In this document: positions 47,827 through 57,171 of the stretch, in pieces
Layout: the number at the start of each line of letters is the position of its first letter
Numbering within the stretch: position 1 is the stretch's first letter
NCBI GenBank assembly: GCA_038060895.1
Contig: JBBTCT010000022.1
Coordinates: 96,001-160,000 of the forward strand
Length of the DNA: 64,000 bases
DNA from: Planctomycetota bacterium
Lineage (GTDB): Bacteria > Planctomycetota > MHYJ01 > WSZJ01
Reading direction: 5' to 3'
Program-made: the position numbers and the translations under genes
Notes under the pieces: model-generated
What the model saw: the letters and a program-made list of their open reading frames with translations, nothing else
Database searches by the model: none
Told to the model about the DNA's origin: nothing

Positions 47827-48734
47827 TCGATCACCAGAATCTGGCCCTGGCGGGCCGCGTCGATCGCTACGCCGGTGTCCGCCGCGCGCTCGATGGTGTC
47901 GGCGAGCATGCGGTCCATTTCTTCGTCCGTGCGGGTGGGGGAATGGTGGAAGAGCACGAGCTTTTTCGCGCTCGCGTCGCGGACGATCTCGAGCGCCTGC
48001 CAGGGGGTCGAGTGGCCCCAGTGAGGGAACTTCTCGTACTCCTCGTCAGAGAAAGTCGTGTCGAAGATGACGACGTCGCATCCGTGGATCGCGCCGACGA
48101 GGTCGCGGCGCATTTTCTCGAGGATTCGTTTGTCGCCGGTCGCGAGGCGCTTCGGAGTACCTTTCGCGAAACTGTGTTTGTAGCGGATGCGATCGAACGG
48201 GGAAGTGTCGGTGATGTAGGCGACGGATCTCTTGCCGTGGTCGATGCGGAAGCCGGTTGAAGTCCCGGGGTGGTTGAGCGCGATCGGCAGGACCCTCACG
48301 CCGCCGATGTCGAGATCTTCCTTCGGGTTCACCGGCAGGAACTTGAAGTTCGCGGGGAGTTCCTTGAACACAATCGGGAAGACCGCGTCTCCTGCGACGC
48401 CCGCGATCGCCTCGTTCAGGCGGGTGCCGCGGCCGCTTCGCGCGTAAATATTCAGCCGGTTTCCGCGCACGAAGACGGGGTCGAAGAAGGGCAGGCCCTG
48501 GATGTGGTCCCAGTGAAGGTGCGTGAGGAGCAGGTTGACGGTGCCATTCCCCTGCCCGAGCGGGCCTTTCTGGAGATGCCGCCCGAGCGCGCGCATGCCG
48601 GTTCCGGCGTCGAGAATGATCGGCGCGCGGCCGGGCACATCGACCTGCACGCAGGAAGTGTGTCCGCCGTACCGGACCGTTGAGGTTCCGGGCGTCGGGT
48701 ACGAGCCCCGGACGCCCCAGAACGTGATGCGCAT
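47823..48734 (-). CDS. MBL-fold metallo-hydrolase (tandem paralog)
   Basis: FWGVRGS, THLHWDHIQG, WGHS, LFHH. Confidence 0.9.
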   Translation of the reverse strand: MRITFWGVRGSYPTPGTSTVRYGGHTSCVQVDVPGRAPIILDAGTGMRALGRHLQKGPLGQGNGTVNLLLTHLHWDHIQGLPFFDPVFVRGNRLNIYARSGRGTRLNEAIAGVAGDAVFPIVFKELPANFKFLPVNPKEDLDIGGVRVLPIALNHPGTSTGFRIDHGKRSVAYITDTSPFDRIRYKHSFAKGTPKRLATGDKRILEKMRRDLVGAIHGCDVVIFDTTFSDEEYEKFPHWGHSTPWQALEIVRDASAKKLVLFHHSPTRTDEEMDRMLADTIERAADTGVAIDAARQGQILVIE

Positions 48735-48801
48735 TCCCGCTCTCCCTTGGGGGGGCGGGAAGGATACCAAGGCCCATGTAGGGGAGGAAATGTTGTGAGA
48801 G

Positions 48802-48987
48802 GGCAGATGGTGGTGAGCAGGAGGTAGTGGGTAGGGGGTAGGAGGTAGGCACCACCTTGGGCGGCGATCCCCATCGGCAGACGCCCGATCCTGGAACTGC
48901 TTTCGATCGAGATTGCCGATGCTTCGAGGTGCTTGGCTGTTCCTACCTCCTACCTCCTACCTCCTACCACTACCCCCTACCTCCTGC
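48802..48987. repeat. Inverted heptamer-repeat element (GGTAGGA family)
   Basis: Left arm (GGTAGGA-like)x7, right arm (TCCTACC)n. Confidence 0.8.
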
Positions 48988-49034
48988 GCTCTTTCCAGTA
49001 GACGCACCCAAGCCACATCAGCCATCCTTCGCGC

Positions 49035-49436
49035 ATGCCCGTCCGCGTCACCAAGCAACTCGAGTTCGCCGCTTCTCACACGTACTCCGTGCCGGGGGCG
49101 TCGGCCGCTGAAAACGAGAAACTGTTCGGGCCCTGCGTCCGCCACCACGGGCACAACTACATGCTGCACGTGACGGTCGAAGGAGAAACGGACCCGCGGA
49201 CAGGAATGGTCGTGAACGTCACCGATCTCAAGAAGGCGATGCAGGACGCGGTCGCCGAGCTGGACCACCGCAACCTGAACCGCGACGTCGCGCACTTTCA
49301 GGCCCGCAATCCCACGACCGAGAACATCGCGCTCTACATTTTCGAGAAGCTCCGTTCCCGCGTGGCGCCGGCGCGGCTCCGGACCGTGCGCCTCCACGAG
49401 GACGAGACCCTTTTCGTGGAGGTGGACGATGCCTAG
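49035..49436 (+). CDS. 6-pyruvoyl/6-carboxy-tetrahydropterin synthase family, copy 1
   Basis: FAASH, GPCVRHHGHNY, LDHRNLN, PTTENIA. Confidence 0.9.
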   Translation: MPVRVTKQLEFAASHTYSVPGASAAENEKLFGPCVRHHGHNYMLHVTVEGETDPRTGMVVNVTDLKKAMQDAVAELDHRNLNRDVAHFQARNPTTENIALYIFEKLRSRVAPARLRTVRLHEDETLFVEVDDA

Positions 49437-49833
49437 GGTTTCTCTCGTCCGGCGTTACGCTTTCTCAAGCGCGCACCGGCTTCATTCCGCAGAGATGTCG
49501 GCGGAAGAGAACAAGCGTCTCTACGGAAAGTGCAACAACCCGCAGGGACACGGGCACAACTACGCGATCGAGGTCGCGGTCACCGGCCCCGTCGATGCCC
49601 GCACGGGCTTCTGCTGCGACCTCAACGCCGTCGATGCCGCCGTCCGCCGTTCCATCCTGGACCGCTTCGACCACCAGGATCTCAACGCTCTTCCGGAATT
49701 CGCCCGCGTCGTGCCGACCGGCGAGAACATCGCGCGGGTGGTGTGGGACAAGCTGAAAGCGGAAGGACTTCCTCTGGCGTCCGTGCGGCTGCAGGAGACG
49801 CGCGACAACTTCTTCGAGTACCGGGGAGACTGA
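49429..49833 (+). CDS. 6-pyruvoyl-tetrahydropterin synthase family, copy 2 (PTPS-II-like)
   Basis: [34 protein letters not shown]. Confidence 0.9.
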   Translation: MPRVSLVRRYAFSSAHRLHSAEMSAEENKRLYGKCNNPQGHGHNYAIEVAVTGPVDARTGFCCDLNAVDAAVRRSILDRFDHQDLNALPEFARVVPTGENIARVVWDKLKAEGLPLASVRLQETRDNFFEYRGD

Positions 49834-50432
49834 TGAAACGCGGAGAGAAACTGACGGAAGCGCAGAAGGACGAGCTCCAGAAATCGGTGCAGCGGGTCAT
49901 CGAGATCATGGGAGATGATCCGAAGCGCGACGGGCTGAAGAAGACGCCGAAGCGGGTGGCGGAGGCGTGGGAGTTCCTGACGAAGGGATACGGGCAGGAT
50001 CCGAAGGTCATCCTGAACAGCGCGCTCTTCGACAGCGACTCGGACGACATGGTGATCGTGAAGGACATCGACTTCTACTCGATGTGCGAGCACCACATGC
50101 TGCCGTTCTTCGGGCGGGTGCACATCGCGTACCTTCCGGCGGGGAAGATCATCGGGCTGTCGAAGCTTCCGCGGCTCGTGGACATTTTCGCGCGGCGGCT
50201 GCAGGTGCAGGAGAGGATGACGACGGAGATTGCGAAGACGGTGCAGGACCTGCTGACGGCGAGGGGCGTGGGCGTGGTCATCGAGGCGCAGCACCTGTGC
50301 ATGATGATGCGCGGGGTGGAGAAGCAGAATTCGTATGCGCTGACGAGCGCGATGATGGGGCGGTTCAGGAAGGATGGGAGGACGCGGGGGGAGTTTCTGG
50401 ATTTGATTCGGCATGGGCGGATATCGGTGTAA
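49833..50432 (+). CDS. folE: GTP cyclohydrolase I
   Basis: [38 protein letters not shown]. Confidence 0.96.
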   Translation: MKRGEKLTEAQKDELQKSVQRVIEIMGDDPKRDGLKKTPKRVAEAWEFLTKGYGQDPKVILNSALFDSDSDDMVIVKDIDFYSMCEHHMLPFFGRVHIAYLPAGKIIGLSKLPRLVDIFARRLQVQERMTTEIAKTVQDLLTARGVGVVIEAQHLCMMMRGVEKQNSYALTSAMMGRFRKDGRTRGEFLDLIRHGRISV

Positions 50433-50437
50433 AGAAC

Positions 50438-50531
50438 GACCTAATTTTGAATATCGAATATCGAATATCCAATATCGAATGAACGTCCATTGGAAATTGG
50501 ATATCAGATATTCGATATTTCTATATTAGTC
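50438..50531. mobile_element. Empty (non-coding) AATATCG-heptamer inverted-repeat element
   Basis: GACCTAATTTTGAATATCGAATATCGAATATC... then ...GATATTCGATATTTCTATATTAGTC; left end nearly identical to 46483. Confidence 0.7.
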
Positions 50532-50555
50532 CGTTGCCGTAACCTCACCCCCCAC

Positions 50556-51260
50556 ATGACCCTCGCCACCCGCAACGCTTTCATCTCCGGCGCTTCCTCC
50601 GGCATCGGCCTCGCCACCGCCCAGGCGTTCGCTGCCGCCGGCGCGCGCGTCGCTCTTTTCGCGCGGCGGCTGAACATTCTCAAGGAACACGCGGCGGCGA
50701 TCGGCGAAAAGGCGTTCGCTCTTCGTGGCGACGTCCGCGAATTTCGGTCGATGGAAATCGCGGCGGACCACGTGAAGAAAAAGTGGGGCGCCCCCGCCAA
50801 CGTCGTCGTCGTCAACGCCGGCATCGTCCGGACCGGCGAAATCGGTGCGCTGTCCGCCGAGGATTGGAACGATACGATCGCCACCAACCTCACCGGCGCG
50901 TTCAACACCGCCCGGGCGTTCCTGCCGGGGCTCCTCGAAGGACCGTCCGACCTCGTCTTCATCGCTTCCGTCGCTTCCTACGACACCTGGCCGACCTGGG
51001 GCGCTTACTGCGCTTCAAAGTGGGGCCTCCTCGGCCTGGCGCGCTCGGTCGCGCACGAGGTCCGGCAGAAGGGCGTGCGCGTGACGATCATTGCCCCGGG
51101 CGCCGTTGATACGGAGATCTGGCCGGGCGGGAACAAGCCGCCGGCGGAGAAGATGCTGAAGGCGGAGGATGTTGCCGCGGCAATCGTGAGTGCTGTGTCG
51201 GCGAACCGGCGGGCGAGCTACGACGAGGTGCGGGTGATGCCGGCGTCAGGGTTGTTGTAG
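50556..51260 (+). CDS. SDR family oxidoreductase (candidate sepiapterin reductase-like)
   Basis: GASSGIG, NAG, YCASK; follows folE/PTPS. Confidence 0.85.
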   Translation: MTLATRNAFISGASSGIGLATAQAFAAAGARVALFARRLNILKEHAAAIGEKAFALRGDVREFRSMEIAADHVKKKWGAPANVVVVNAGIVRTGEIGALSAEDWNDTIATNLTGAFNTARAFLPGLLEGPSDLVFIASVASYDTWPTWGAYCASKWGLLGLARSVAHEVRQKGVRVTIIAPGAVDTEIWPGGNKPPAEKMLKAEDVAAAIVSAVSANRRASYDEVRVMPASGLL

Positions 51261-51383
51261 GCAGGTCCTGGGCCAGTCACTTTCGCACCAAGACCGGGGA
51301 CGAGGTCGATTTCCTGCTTGAGGTGCCCGACGGCCGCGCCGCTCAAGTCTGCCCCGCGATCCGCCGATGAACCCTTTTGCCCC

Positions 51384-52145
51384 ATGTCGCGGCACCACTC
51401 CGACTTTGGCCGACGACGGACGAGCTTCGCCCGATACGCGTGGCTCGCCGGCGCCGGTCTTGCAGCCACGGGAGGCGCGGCGGTATGGCGCTGGCCGGGG
51501 CACGTACACGCGGCGCTGGTCAGCGTTGGCTTCGCGAGGGAACGCACCGTGGACGACGCCGTCCGCGACTACGGCGCGCGCGCGAAGGAACGCTTTGAAC
51601 CCGCCTGCCTCGCCCACAAGATCGCCTGGCCGCCCCCGCGCGTCCGGCTGCTCGCCTTCAAGCGCGAGCGCGTGCTCGAGGTCTGGGTGGCGGGGAAGCG
51701 CGGCGCGTTCGCGAAAGCCGCGGCGTATCCGATCCTCGCCGCGAGCGGCGGGCCGGGGCCGAAGCGCCGCGCGGGGGATTGCCAGGTGCCCGAAGGCTTC
51801 TACAAACTCCCGGTCCTGAACCCCAACAGCAAGTTCCATCTTTCGGTCCGCGTCGATTACCCGAACGCAGACGACCTCGGACACCGCCCGGAGGATCATC
51901 CGGATCCGGGGACCGACATCTATGTCCACGGCGGCGCGAATTCCATCGGCTGCATCGCCATCGGCGACGCTGCGATCGAGGAACTGTTCGCCCTCGTCGC
52001 GCAAGTGCCCGCTTCCGGCCGCGAAATCTGGATCGCGCCGGTGGACCTGCGCAAGGAACCCGGGTACCGGCTGAAGGACGCCGAGCCTTGGGTCGAGGAG
52101 TCGTACCGGAAGCTCGCGGCCCGCATCAAGGCGGAGATGCCGTAA
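51384..52145 (+). CDS. L,D-transpeptidase family (YafK/DpaA-like)
   Basis: GPKRRAGDCQVPEGFY, LNPNSKFHLS..YPN, IYVHG..SIGC. Confidence 0.88.
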   Translation: MSRHHSDFGRRRTSFARYAWLAGAGLAATGGAAVWRWPGHVHAALVSVGFARERTVDDAVRDYGARAKERFEPACLAHKIAWPPPRVRLLAFKRERVLEVWVAGKRGAFAKAAAYPILAASGGPGPKRRAGDCQVPEGFYKLPVLNPNSKFHLSVRVDYPNADDLGHRPEDHPDPGTDIYVHGGANSIGCIAIGDAAIEELFALVAQVPASGREIWIAPVDLRKEPGYRLKDAEPWVEESYRKLAARIKAEMP

Positions 52146-54569
52146 CTACCTCGAGAGCCGCTTCCGCCACGCCTCGATCACCTCCGGCAAGACCGCGATG
52201 CGCGCCTTCCCGTCCTGCACCAGGATCGCGCGCTCGGAGTAGCGAACCGTTTCCCGGAGAATGTCCAGGACTGAAACGCGGCTTCCCGCGCGCCAGGTGC
52301 GCTTCGAAGAGAAGCCCTGCATGTCCAGCGAGGTACCGCCCAGGGCCGCCCAGGCCTCGATGTGCGAAGTGGTGACGAGATCCGAAGGGATTTCGCGCAC
52401 AACGGACGCCTTTCGCCACCATTCCGCTTCGTGCCGCGCCGCCAGCGCCAGAGCGAGGGCAGTGTTGAACTGGTCATCCCACGGCCGTGAGGCGGCGCGG
52501 GCCACCAGCGACGCTTGCGACTTTTCGTCGTCCTCTCCCCATTCGAAGAGCCGCAGCCGTGCCGCGAAACGGAGGAGGTCGTCGTCGAAGGCCGCGACGT
52601 TTCGGACGCGCCGGACGAGCTCGCGACGGTCGCGGTGATCCCAGGCCTGGAGAGTGCCGGAGTCGATGAACAACAAGAGGGAGATCTCGTCCCAGCCGAC
52701 CCACCCGATGTCGAAGCGAGCCAGCGTCCGCCGGGCGAGATCGGCCGACACGGCCGCCGGAATCTCGATCCTCATGCCCTGCCGGACCCACCATTCGTCC
52801 CCGTCGAGGGCCATGCGGACGAGCTCCGCGGTGGACCCGAGCGCCGCCAGGGCGCGTGCGGCGGAGTCGCGCAGGTTCGTGTCCTTCGACTCCGCAGCCT
52901 TGCGCAGCGCCGGCACCGCGTCCTTGTCCCCGAGGTCGCCCAGCGCCAGCGCGGCATACGCCTCCATCTCCCTGTCGGCCAGGAGCGCGAGCAGGATCTC
53001 CTTCTGCGCTGGCCCGCCGCGCCGGCCCAGGAAACTCGCCGCCTCCGCGCGGACCCATCGGTTGGCGTCCTTGAGAAGCGCTTCCGCTATCGGAAGCTGC
53101 GACGGCGCGTATGCCACCATGGCCGCTCCGAGTGCCTCCCGCCGCAGCCCGGATTCGGTGTCGCGCAGGAGCACGTCGAGCGCCGGGGCCCAGCGTTCGC
53201 CGCGTGTCGAAGCGATCAGGTACAGGAAGTTCTGGCGTATCTCGAGGTTTGGGTCCGACGCCAGCGGTGCTGCGGCCTCCACCAGGCCCGGCGGATCGAT
53301 CGACCGAAGCACCATGCATGCTGCGAGACGTGCCTCGGGGTGCGGGTCCTTGAGCAACCGAAGCGCCGCCGGCGCCGCCTCGCGGCACGCCGTCAGCTCG
53401 ATCGCTTCTGCCGCGGCGTAGCTCAGGTCCCCCGAGGGCGACGTCAACCAGTCGATCATCCGCTCCTTCCACCCGGGCGGCCGCAGCCTCGCAATATCCC
53501 AGCCGGCCAGGGCGGCCCCCTTGCGGAACGGCGCCGCGCCCACCGAATACAGCCGGACCGCCGACCCGGAATCCGCCAGCCCGCCATACGCCCACGTCGA
53601 AGCCGCCACAACTCGAGGCATCCTGTCCCGCAGCAACGGCTCCAGCCACGGAAGCGCTTCCCGCCGCCCCAGTTCCCGGAACGCGCGCGCGGCGGCGGTG
53701 CGCACATTGGTGACCGGGTCCATCAGGCGGCGACGCATCGCAGGCAGCTCGCGGTCCGTCGCGCACCCGCCGAGCGCCTCCACCGCCGCCTTGCGAATCC
53801 GCCAGTCCTGGTCCTCCGTGAGGTGCGCAATCGCCGCGGCCGCGGACGTCGCTTTCAGCTTCCGCGCGGCCTCGAGCGCCACCTTCTGAAGCGGCGCCGG
53901 CGCGAACACGTATCCCGTGACCAGGTCGCCGAACTTCGAATCCCCGGCCTTTCCAAGCGCTTCCACGACAAACGCCCGCTCTTTCTCAATGTCGTCCGTC
54001 CGCGCTTCCAGCCGCGCCGCAATCTCGGGAGCCAGCGGCCGGCACCCGCGACTCGCCAGCTCCCGGTACGGAAGTCCCCTCACCGGGTCGCCCCCGGCCG
54101 CCCGGATCATCGCCACCAGCTCCCGCACCTCCCGGTCGCTCGCGCCGCCGCCCTTCCAGGCCGAAGCCGCGAACTGCAGCAGCTTCGACGTCCGCGGGTC
54201 CTCCGGGGCCTTCACGTCGTCCGGATGATCCGCTTCCGTCGAATCCTCCGGCGGCTCCGGCGCCCCGATCCGCTCCCAGGCGCCCATGAGGCTGGGCCCG
54301 ATCCGGCGCAGAAGCGCAATCCTCTCCGCCGCCTGCCGCGCGCCCGCCGCGCGTTCGGCGTCCGCATCACTCCCGGCGTCCTGCAAGCGCTTGAAGTCCG
54401 CTTCGGACCACTCCTCAAAGCGCCGCTCGATTTCCTCCCGCGCCGCGCCGCGGGCCTCCGTTTCATCCGCAGCGAGGCGCGCGATCAGCTCCGCCATCGT
54501 CGCGGGATCAGCATCCGCCGGGGACATCAGCAGCAGCGCGACGGAAAGGATCCTCAGAGGGCGGAGCAT
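52146..54569 (-). CDS. Secreted HEAT-repeat protein
   Basis: Signal peptide; many D....VR.AA..AL repeats. Confidence 0.85.
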   Translation of the reverse strand: MLRPLRILSVALLLMSPADADPATMAELIARLAADETEARGAAREEIERRFEEWSEADFKRLQDAGSDADAERAAGARQAAERIALLRRIGPSLMGAWERIGAPEPPEDSTEADHPDDVKAPEDPRTSKLLQFAASAWKGGGASDREVRELVAMIRAAGGDPVRGLPYRELASRGCRPLAPEIAARLEARTDDIEKERAFVVEALGKAGDSKFGDLVTGYVFAPAPLQKVALEAARKLKATSAAAAIAHLTEDQDWRIRKAAVEALGGCATDRELPAMRRRLMDPVTNVRTAAARAFRELGRREALPWLEPLLRDRMPRVVAASTWAYGGLADSGSAVRLYSVGAAPFRKGAALAGWDIARLRPPGWKERMIDWLTSPSGDLSYAAAEAIELTACREAAPAALRLLKDPHPEARLAACMVLRSIDPPGLVEAAAPLASDPNLEIRQNFLYLIASTRGERWAPALDVLLRDTESGLRREALGAAMVAYAPSQLPIAEALLKDANRWVRAEAASFLGRRGGPAQKEILLALLADREMEAYAALALGDLGDKDAVPALRKAAESKDTNLRDSAARALAALGSTAELVRMALDGDEWWVRQGMRIEIPAAVSADLARRTLARFDIGWVGWDEISLLLFIDSGTLQAWDHRDRRELVRRVRNVAAFDDDLLRFAARLRLFEWGEDDEKSQASLVARAASRPWDDQFNTALALALAARHEAEWWRKASVVREIPSDLVTTSHIEAWAALGGTSLDMQGFSSKRTWRAGSRVSVLDILRETVRYSERAILVQDGKARIAVLPEVIEAWRKRLSR

Positions 54570-54585
54570 CCCTGCAGTGTAGCGG

Positions 54586-55176
54586 TCATCGCGCCAGCAG
54601 GTCGTCCATCACCCACTTCCGCCAGGTGTGCACCTGCCGCAGCGACTCCAGCCGCTCCCGGAACGCCTTGAACGGGAGGTGCAGCAGCGTCTGGTGAATC
54701 CAGTCCACGCGCGAAGCCGAGGCCGCTTCGTCAACAGCCCAGAGCAGAGGCTCGACGGAGCTTTCGTCGGCCAGGTGCCGGATCGCGGAGAAGAAAATCC
54801 CCGCCTTCCACCCGTTCCCCGTCTCGACGATCTTGATGGCGCGCTCCCAGCAGAACGGAAGCGCGTCGCGCCCGAGCTCTTGCTCGAGCACGTGCGACAG
54901 CCTGTTCACCGGCCCGTGGAGGCCGAGCCGCGTCCGGGCTTCCTCTTCGACGTTTACGTCCTCGACTTGTCGCAGGAAAGCGCGGAAGCGCTTTCCATGC
55001 TCCTTCCACGCCGCAAGGATCGCGGCGGTCGTGCGGATCCGGGGGTCGGGGTGGCGCGCGAATTTCCGGCGCAGGGCGCGCGGGTCGAACGAGCGGCGGA
55101 GGAATCCGTTGCGTGCCGAGGTCCAGGAGCGACCGCGGAGGGGAAGAAGGGAAAACAATTCGCTGGTGGGTTGCAT
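54586..55176 (-). CDS. Hypothetical protein
   Basis: Fills the gap upstream of the HEAT gene on the same strand; no recognisable motif. Confidence 0.5.
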   Translation of the reverse strand: MQPTSELFSLLPLRGRSWTSARNGFLRRSFDPRALRRKFARHPDPRIRTTAAILAAWKEHGKRFRAFLRQVEDVNVEEEARTRLGLHGPVNRLSHVLEQELGRDALPFCWERAIKIVETGNGWKAGIFFSAIRHLADESSVEPLLWAVDEAASASRVDWIHQTLLHLPFKAFRERLESLRQVHTWRKWVMDDLLAR

Positions 55177-55279
55177 ACCCAAACATAACCGGTTGGCGGC
55201 CTCGGATTTCCCCTTCATTGACGCACCCTTCGCCTCACGGCACGATTCTCGCCCCCAACACTCAAGCAGGAGTCGTCCC

Positions 55280-56788
55280 ATGCCGAAAGTCACCACCCGC
55301 ACCCTGAACCTGATCGGCGGAAAGTGGGTGGAAGCGAAGTCCGGGAAGTGGTTCGAGTCGCGGAATCCTGCGGATGACGGCGACGTTGTCGGCGAGGTGG
55401 CGAAGTCCGGCCCCGACGACGTGGACGCCGCAGTCAAAGCCGCGCGCAAGGCGTTCGACGGGTGGCGGCTGACGCCGGCGCCGAAGCGCAGCGAGATCAT
55501 GGGGCGGGTGGCGCAGATTCTGCGGGAGCGGAAGGAAGAGCTGTCGCAGCTGCTGACGCGCGAGATGGGGAAGGTGATCGAGGAAGCGCGCGGGGACGTG
55601 CAGGAGTCGATCGACACGGCGGCATACGCTGCCGGCGCCGGCACGCGCCTCATGGGCGAGACGGTGCCGTCGGAGCTGCCGGACAAGTTCGCGATGACGG
55701 TGCGCGCGCCGATGGGGGTGTGCGGGCTGATCGCGCCGTGGAACTTCCCGACCGCGATTCCGAGCTGGAAGCTCTTCCCGAGCCTCGTCTGCGGCAACAC
55801 GGTCGTCTTCAAGCCGGCCTCCGACACGCCGATCGTGGCGACGGCGCTGGTGCGGATTTTCGAGGAAGCGGGTTTGCCGGCGGGGTGCATCAACCTGGTG
55901 CACGGCGGCGGCGGCGATGTCGGCATGGCGATCGTGAAGCATCCCGGCGTCGCTTTGATCTCGTTCACGGGCTCCAGCGGCGTCGGCCGCGAGATCGCTT
56001 CGGAGTGCGGCCGCGCGCTTAAGCGCTGCTCGCTCGAGCTCGGCGGCAAGAACGGCTCGATCGTCATGGACGACGCCGACCTCGAGCTCGCCGTGGACGG
56101 CTCGCTCTGGGGCGCCTTCGGCACCACCGGCCAGCGTTGCACCGCGACGAGCCGCATCGTCGTCCACGAGAAGGTGAAGGCGGAGTACCTCTCGCGCCTC
56201 GTAGACCGCGCGAAGAAACTCAAGCTCGGCCCCGGCAACGACGAGAGCGTCAAGGTCGGCCCGCTCGTGAACGCCGGCCGCGTGAAGGAAGTCCAGTCCT
56301 GGGTGGACCGCGGGGTGAAGGAAGGCGCGAAGCTTCTCTGCGGCGGCAAGGCCGCCACGAACGGCGCCCTGAAGAAGGGCTGGTTCTACGAGCCCACCAT
56401 CTTCGACAACGTGAAGGCCGGTGACACGCTCGCGCAGGAAGAAATCTTCGGCCCGGTGCTGAGCGTGATCACCGTGAAGTCCTTCGACGAAGCGATCGCC
56501 GCGCTCAACAACTCGAAGTACGGCCTCAGCGCTTCGATCTACACGCAGGACGTCAACCGCGCCTTCCGCGCCGCGCGCGACGTCGAGACCGGCATCCTCT
56601 ACATCAACTCTTCGACGATCGGCGCCGAGAACCACCTGCCCTTCGGCGGCATGAAGGAAACCGGCAACGGCCACCGCGAGGGCGGATGGACCGCCTACGA
56701 CATCTACTCGGAGATTCGGACGGTCTACGTGGATTTCTCGGGGAAGCTGCAGCGCGCGCAGATCGATAATCGGAAGGCGGAGTCCTAA
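55280..56788 (+). CDS. Aldehyde dehydrogenase family protein
   Basis: PWNFP, FKPA, FTGS, LELGGKN, GQRCTA, EEIFGPV, PFGG; AGGAG RBS. Confidence 0.95.
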   Translation: MPKVTTRTLNLIGGKWVEAKSGKWFESRNPADDGDVVGEVAKSGPDDVDAAVKAARKAFDGWRLTPAPKRSEIMGRVAQILRERKEELSQLLTREMGKVIEEARGDVQESIDTAAYAAGAGTRLMGETVPSELPDKFAMTVRAPMGVCGLIAPWNFPTAIPSWKLFPSLVCGNTVVFKPASDTPIVATALVRIFEEAGLPAGCINLVHGGGGDVGMAIVKHPGVALISFTGSSGVGREIASECGRALKRCSLELGGKNGSIVMDDADLELAVDGSLWGAFGTTGQRCTATSRIVVHEKVKAEYLSRLVDRAKKLKLGPGNDESVKVGPLVNAGRVKEVQSWVDRGVKEGAKLLCGGKAATNGALKKGWFYEPTIFDNVKAGDTLAQEEIFGPVLSVITVKSFDEAIAALNNSKYGLSASIYTQDVNRAFRAARDVETGILYINSSTIGAENHLPFGGMKETGNGHREGGWTAYDIYSEIRTVYVDFSGKLQRAQIDNRKAES

Positions 56789-57063
56789 CCCGCGGCCGGC
56801 GGTTTCTTCCGCGACATCACGAAGCAGACGACCCCGACAACGAGGCCGAGGAGCCCGGGGACGAGGAGCCCGACGCCGATCCCGATCGCCGTGCCGACCT
56901 CGCTGGAATTCACGGCACCCGCGGCGGCGGCGATGATCGCGAACAGGCCGCCGAGCACGAAGAGGCAACCGCAGCCGCCGCATCCGAAGGCGCCGATCTT
57001 GAGCGCCGGGTTGGCGCCGGCCGCAGCAGGCTGGGAGGGTTGTGCCGTGGGTGCTGTCTCCAT
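56785..57063 (-). CDS. Small two-TM membrane protein
   Basis: GCGGCGCLFVLGG.. followed by a second TM and a basic tail. Confidence 0.6.
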   Translation of the reverse strand: METAPTAQPSQPAAAGANPALKIGAFGCGGCGCLFVLGGLFAIIAAAAGAVNSSEVGTAIGIGVGLLVPGLLGLVVGVVCFVMSRKKPPAAG

Positions 57064-57171
57064 CGACACGAACATCCGGAATCGGGGGCGCCATGTCAAT
57101 TCCGATTGCGCCGACTGAGCGCGAGCGCCGCCAATCCCGCCAGAACGGCGTTCGTCCCGTAGCATGTCCCG

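Noticed and set aside
48802-48987. CRISPR array
   Set aside because: Units are 7-nt tandem repeats without unique spacers; no cas genes seen.
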